From: Fidelibacterota bacterium
Lineage (GTDB): Bacteria > Fidelibacterota > Marinisomatia > Marinisomatales > S15-B10
Direction of reading: 5' to 3'
DNA: 17,708 nucleotides
Assembly: GCA_046861655.1 (NCBI GenBank)
Contig: JBHIAI010000027.1
Span: forward strand, 1 to 17,708
Position 1 is the stretch's first letter. Each line of letters begins with the position of its first letter. The notes beneath the pieces were generated by a model. It searched no databases and was not told where the DNA came from. It worked only from the letters and a program-made list of their open reading frames with translations. A program made the position numbers and the translations under genes. Below, one piece after another: positions 14,911 through 17,708 of this stretch.

Positions 14911-15351
14911 ATGGGCCCTATCCACCCCCAGGTAACCCATTTTCCCATCGCCCTTATTATCACCGCCTTCCTTTTCCAGATTGTGGTGGTGGTTAAGCCC
15001 GCCTGGCTCGGCCGGACCGCGCCCCTGTGGCTTCTGGGTCTGGCCGCTGCCCTGTCCCTGGTGTCGGCTCTTTCGGGCCAGGATGCCGCCAACACGGCCC
15101 TGAGGGTGACGGAACTTTCCGAATCCACCCGGTCGCTGCTTGACAGACACAAACAGCTTGCCAACTTCACTCTGTGGGCTTCCCTGGGGACCCTGATCCT
15201 CTGGGTGTGGTTACTCCTCCGGTTTCCCGCCGGTCGATGGGTGGATCGATTGGCTTTAGGTTTATTGTTCCTTCTGGCCGTTTCGGTGGCGGTGACGGGA
15301 TTCCTGGGAGGGGAGCTGGTTCTTTCCCACGGCGTGGGAGTTTCCCCGTGA
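14911..15351 (+). CDS. DUF2231-like membrane protein (4 TM)
   Basis: HP.VTHFPIAL at the N-terminus, a conserved His (LDRH), and C-terminal TG.LGGELV..HGVG. Confidence 0.85.
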   Translation: MGPIHPQVTHFPIALIITAFLFQIVVVVKPAWLGRTAPLWLLGLAAALSLVSALSGQDAANTALRVTELSESTRSLLDRHKQLANFTLWASLGTLILWVWLLLRFPAGRWVDRLALGLLFLLAVSVAVTGFLGGELVLSHGVGVSP

Positions 15352-15432
15352 GCCCGGTGAGGAAATCCTAAGGAAGGCCAATTCTCTGGGAAAATGGGAA
15401 GTGGCGGTCATCGGAACTCACGACGAAAAAAC

Positions 15433-15461
15433 TTGACTTTGTTGACGGGAGAATCTAAAAT
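15433..15461 (+). promoter_or_regulatory. Strong sigma70 promoter
   Basis: TTGACT-17 nt-TAAAAT with an upstream A-tract, and SD AAAGGAGG before ATG 15516. Confidence 0.8.
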
Positions 15462-15515
15462 CTCCGTCGAGAAACAAAATCAAGCTTTTTCGCACTCAAC
15501 TAAAGGAGGGCAATC

Positions 15516-15740
15516 ATGGCTGAAAAAGTCAAGACCGTGGGAGTCAGGAAGCAAAGTGGATACCTTTATTACCTCGGCAAAGATGGACATGTTTGGCGTT
15601 CCCAGATGGCCCGTGCCGGAAAAGGTGGCGGGAATGCCCAAAAGGTTGCTGACGCCTGGGTGACACGGGAACAGGGATATCTCTATTTTATTGATAAAGA
15701 TGGAGATGTGTCCCGGGCCAAAATGGCAAGAGGTCGTTAA
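15516..15740 (+). CDS. Small basic protein of two tandem ~35-aa repeats (function unknown)
   Basis: Repeats AEKVKTVGVRKQSGYLYYLGKDGHVWRSQMARAG and AQKVADAWVTREQGYLYFIDKDGDVSRAKMARGR. It has its own promoter, SD and terminator. Confidence 0.9.
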   Translation: MAEKVKTVGVRKQSGYLYYLGKDGHVWRSQMARAGKGGGNAQKVADAWVTREQGYLYFIDKDGDVSRAKMARGR

Positions 15741-15765
15741 CCGTTTCCGACGGTATGGGTCCTTG

Positions 15766-15794
15766 AAAAGCCCCCAATCGGGGGCTTTTTCATT
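15766..15794. terminator. Bidirectional rho-independent terminator
   Basis: AAAAGCCCCC-AATC-GGGGGCTTTT perfect 10-bp stem with A/T tracts on both sides. Confidence 0.9.
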
Positions 15795-15966
15795 TGGGGA
15801 CGGGGAGATAAATTATGGGAGCATGTCACTTGACCTTGCTGGTGGGTTCATGAGGAATCAACATGGAAACTTCAGGATGATCACTGCATCCTTCGCCGGG
15901 GTATTCCTTTCAGGCCGGAGAGCCGGACGGCTGTTCAAAAGGTGCTCCTGGTGAAATGAGACTTTT

Positions 15967-16698
15967 GTGTTGAGAAGATTTTTCTTGATTCTTCATGGCG
16001 TGTTGCTCCTGGTTTGGGGCTGTTCGGACCTGGGAGAGGAACCGGAAGAAGTACCGAGGATCGCAGTGGCCTCAACGGTTCATTTTGGAGCGGTAGCGGT
16101 GGGAGATACCAGCGATACCACCCTGACAGTCGCCAACACGGGGACAGCCAATCTGGTGATTACGGGGCTGAGCCTGGAAGGGAGGGACACGTCTGACTTC
16201 TTGATCATCGTACCGGAGGATAACGAACTCGATCCAGGGACGGAATGGGTCGTGGACTTATTCTTCATGCCACAATCGGAAGGGACCAGGTCGGCCACCC
16301 TTCACATCATGAGCAACGATCCCGGGACACCGGATGCCGAGGTTTCCCTCCAGGGGGTGGGAGGCGAACCCATGGCTACCGTTAGTTTCTCCCAGGACGT
16401 TCAACCCATTTTCACGACCAACTGTGCCCTCACAGGATGTCACGTGTCCGACCACGAGACGGGACTGGATTTGAGGGAAGGGCAGAGTTACGCTCTTCTG
16501 GTGAATGTGACATCCGCCGGGTATGCTCCTACCTTGAGGGTCAAGCCCTTCGACCCAGAGGATTCGGTTCTCTGGCACAAGGTTGCCGGAACAGGAGGGC
16601 AGTGGGGTGACCGGATGCCGCTGGGAGAAGGCCCTCTGGCTGAACAGGATACGACCTCCATCCGGACCTGGATTGAGGAAGGAGCTCAGGAGAATTAA
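15967..16698 (+). CDS. Lipoprotein with an ASH/choice-of-anchor-D Ig domain and a C-terminal c-type cytochrome-like domain (CX4CH)
   Basis: Lipobox VWGC; FGAVAVG..SDTTLTVANTGTANLVIT...V.F.P...G.RSATLHI.SNDP; SFSQDVQPIF..NCALTGCH...RMP...I.TWI.EGA (His/Met mono-heme-like). Confidence 0.82.
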   Translation: MLRRFFLILHGVLLLVWGCSDLGEEPEEVPRIAVASTVHFGAVAVGDTSDTTLTVANTGTANLVITGLSLEGRDTSDFLIIVPEDNELDPGTEWVVDLFFMPQSEGTRSATLHIMSNDPGTPDAEVSLQGVGGEPMATVSFSQDVQPIFTTNCALTGCHVSDHETGLDLREGQSYALLVNVTSAGYAPTLRVKPFDPEDSVLWHKVAGTGGQWGDRMPLGEGPLAEQDTTSIRTWIEEGAQEN

Positions 16699-17708
16699 GT
16701 GAAAACCATTCGACCCATAATCCTTACCCTCTTCTTCCTCACGGGAGTTGTGGGCGCCATTCCCCGCTTCGCGGTGAAAAACGGGGTGAGCTGTTCCACC
16801 TGCCACGTGAGTCCCACGGGAGGCGGTCTTCGAAACGATTACGGAGTGACCGTAGTTTCCATGGATGAGCTGGTGTTGCAGAAGGGTATCAAATTCGCCG
16901 ATGAGGATTACACGGGGGCGGTAGGGGACCACCTCAGACTGGGGGCGGATTTCCGGCTTCAGATACTCAGCACCGCCAACGAGAATGAGACCCGGAAGGT
17001 GGCGTTTTTCCCCATGCAGGGGGCGGTCTACGCCCACCTCAGGGTGAGCCGGGTGGTGGAAGTCCTGGGGAAGGTGGACCTGGTACGGGGATCGCCGGAG
17101 TTCTGGACCCTGCTTAATGTGTTTCCCAATGGTGGCTACGTGGTGATGGGCCGTAAAATCCCGACCTACGGTCTGCGCCTGGACGACCACACCTCCTTCA
17201 TCCGCGGGGGAAATCTCTCTTTGAAGCACATCGCGGGTCCCCGGGAACCTGAAGGGATGCCCTTTTCTCCCCGGGTTCCCCTGCCGGCCATATTTGAGAT
17301 CGGTCTGAAGTTTTCCGATTTTTTCGCCACAGCCTCACTGTCCAATCCTTACGTCCTTGGTTCGGAGACGGGGTATCAGGTGTTCCAGGAAATCTCCGAG
17401 AAGAATGTCACCGCCCGCCTGGAGTATTCCACCTCGGTGGGTCCACTGACCGGTCTGGTGGGGGGATCGGCCATGTCGGAACAGGATTTCACCATGGCCG
17501 GCGTGTTCGGCGGTGTGGCCCTTGGCAGGGTCGCCTGGCTGGGGGAAGTGGACAGGGCAAGGAACTGGACCGGGGACGGAATCGCGTCCCTGGCCTCGTA
17601 CAGCGAGGTGGTTGTAGAACCCGTTCAGGGGCTGAATCTCCTGATGAAATTCGATCTTTTTGATCAGGATACGGCCGTCAAGTCCGATGCCTTGACCCGG
17701 TTTACCCT
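16699..17708 (+). CDS. Mono-heme cytochrome c-porin fusion (Cyc2-like architecture), 3'-truncated; absent from the ORF track
   Basis: The GTG follows directly after the upstream TAA, with SD CAGGAG, and the frame is open to the window end. MKTIRPIILTLFFLTGVVGA-IPRFAVKNGVSCSTCHVSPTGGGLRNDYG (CxxCH at 16792-16806) is followed by amphipathic beta-strands (LGADFRLQ, FFPMQGAVY, YGLRLDDHT, WLGEVD). Confidence 0.85.
   Translation, partial: MKTIRPIILTLFFLTGVVGAIPRFAVKNGVSCSTCHVSPTGGGLRNDYGVTVVSMDELVLQKGIKFADEDYTGAVGDHLRLGADFRLQILSTANENETRKVAFFPMQGAVYAHLRVSRVVEVLGKVDLVRGSPEFWTLLNVFPNGGYVVMGRKIPTYGLRLDDHTSFIRGGNLSLKHIAGPREPEGMPFSPRVPLPAIFEIGLKFSDFFATASLSNPYVLGSETGYQVFQEISEKNVTARLEYSTSVGPLTGLVGGSAMSEQDFTMAGVFGGVALGRVAWLGEVDRARNWTGDGIASLASYSEVVVEPVQGLNLLMKFDLFDQDTAVKSDALTRFT

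Noticed and set aside
16258..17229. 323-aa minus-strand ORF
   Set aside because: It is antisense to the two plus-strand cytochrome genes, which have clear signal peptides and heme motifs.
1..17708. Prophage, integron, IS element or CRISPR-Cas
   Set aside because: No integrase, transposase, phage structural or cas genes, and no regularly spaced repeat-spacer array, were seen.

Overview
This 17.7 kb window is GC-rich (roughly 55-60% by eye) bacterial chromosomal DNA. It probably comes from an FCB-group lineage such as Marinimicrobia or KSB1, inferred from a gingipain-like secreted protein with an FlgD/'secretion CTD' tail and many lipoproteins. In order it contains: the 3' part of a large C25-peptidase-like/FN3/FG-GAP protein; tRNA-His; a convergent operon with an apparently frameshifted small gene and a 615-aa zinc-hook SMC/Rad50-like ATPase resembling archaeal Sph/ClsN/Arcadin-4-type proteins; several envelope hypotheticals, including a 59-aa membrane ORF missing from the ORF track; a TolB-like propeller; a small EF-like beta-barrel protein; an EEP nuclease lipoprotein; HAD, cold-shock, threonine-synthase-like and macrodomain genes; a truncated tRNA-Glu copy whose anticodon arm is replaced by a palindrome, followed by an intact tRNA-Glu; lipoproteins; an epimerase; DUF2231; a 74-aa two-repeat basic protein with strong expression signals; and a cytochrome lipoprotein plus a Cyc2-like cytochrome-porin that runs off the window. 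No integrase, transposase or CRISPR array was seen. The highlights are the archaeal-type SMC operon, short REP-like motifs apparently written into a coding region, an intergenic junction and a tRNA copy, and the cytochrome-porin module. All family assignments come from motif recognition by eye; no searches were run.
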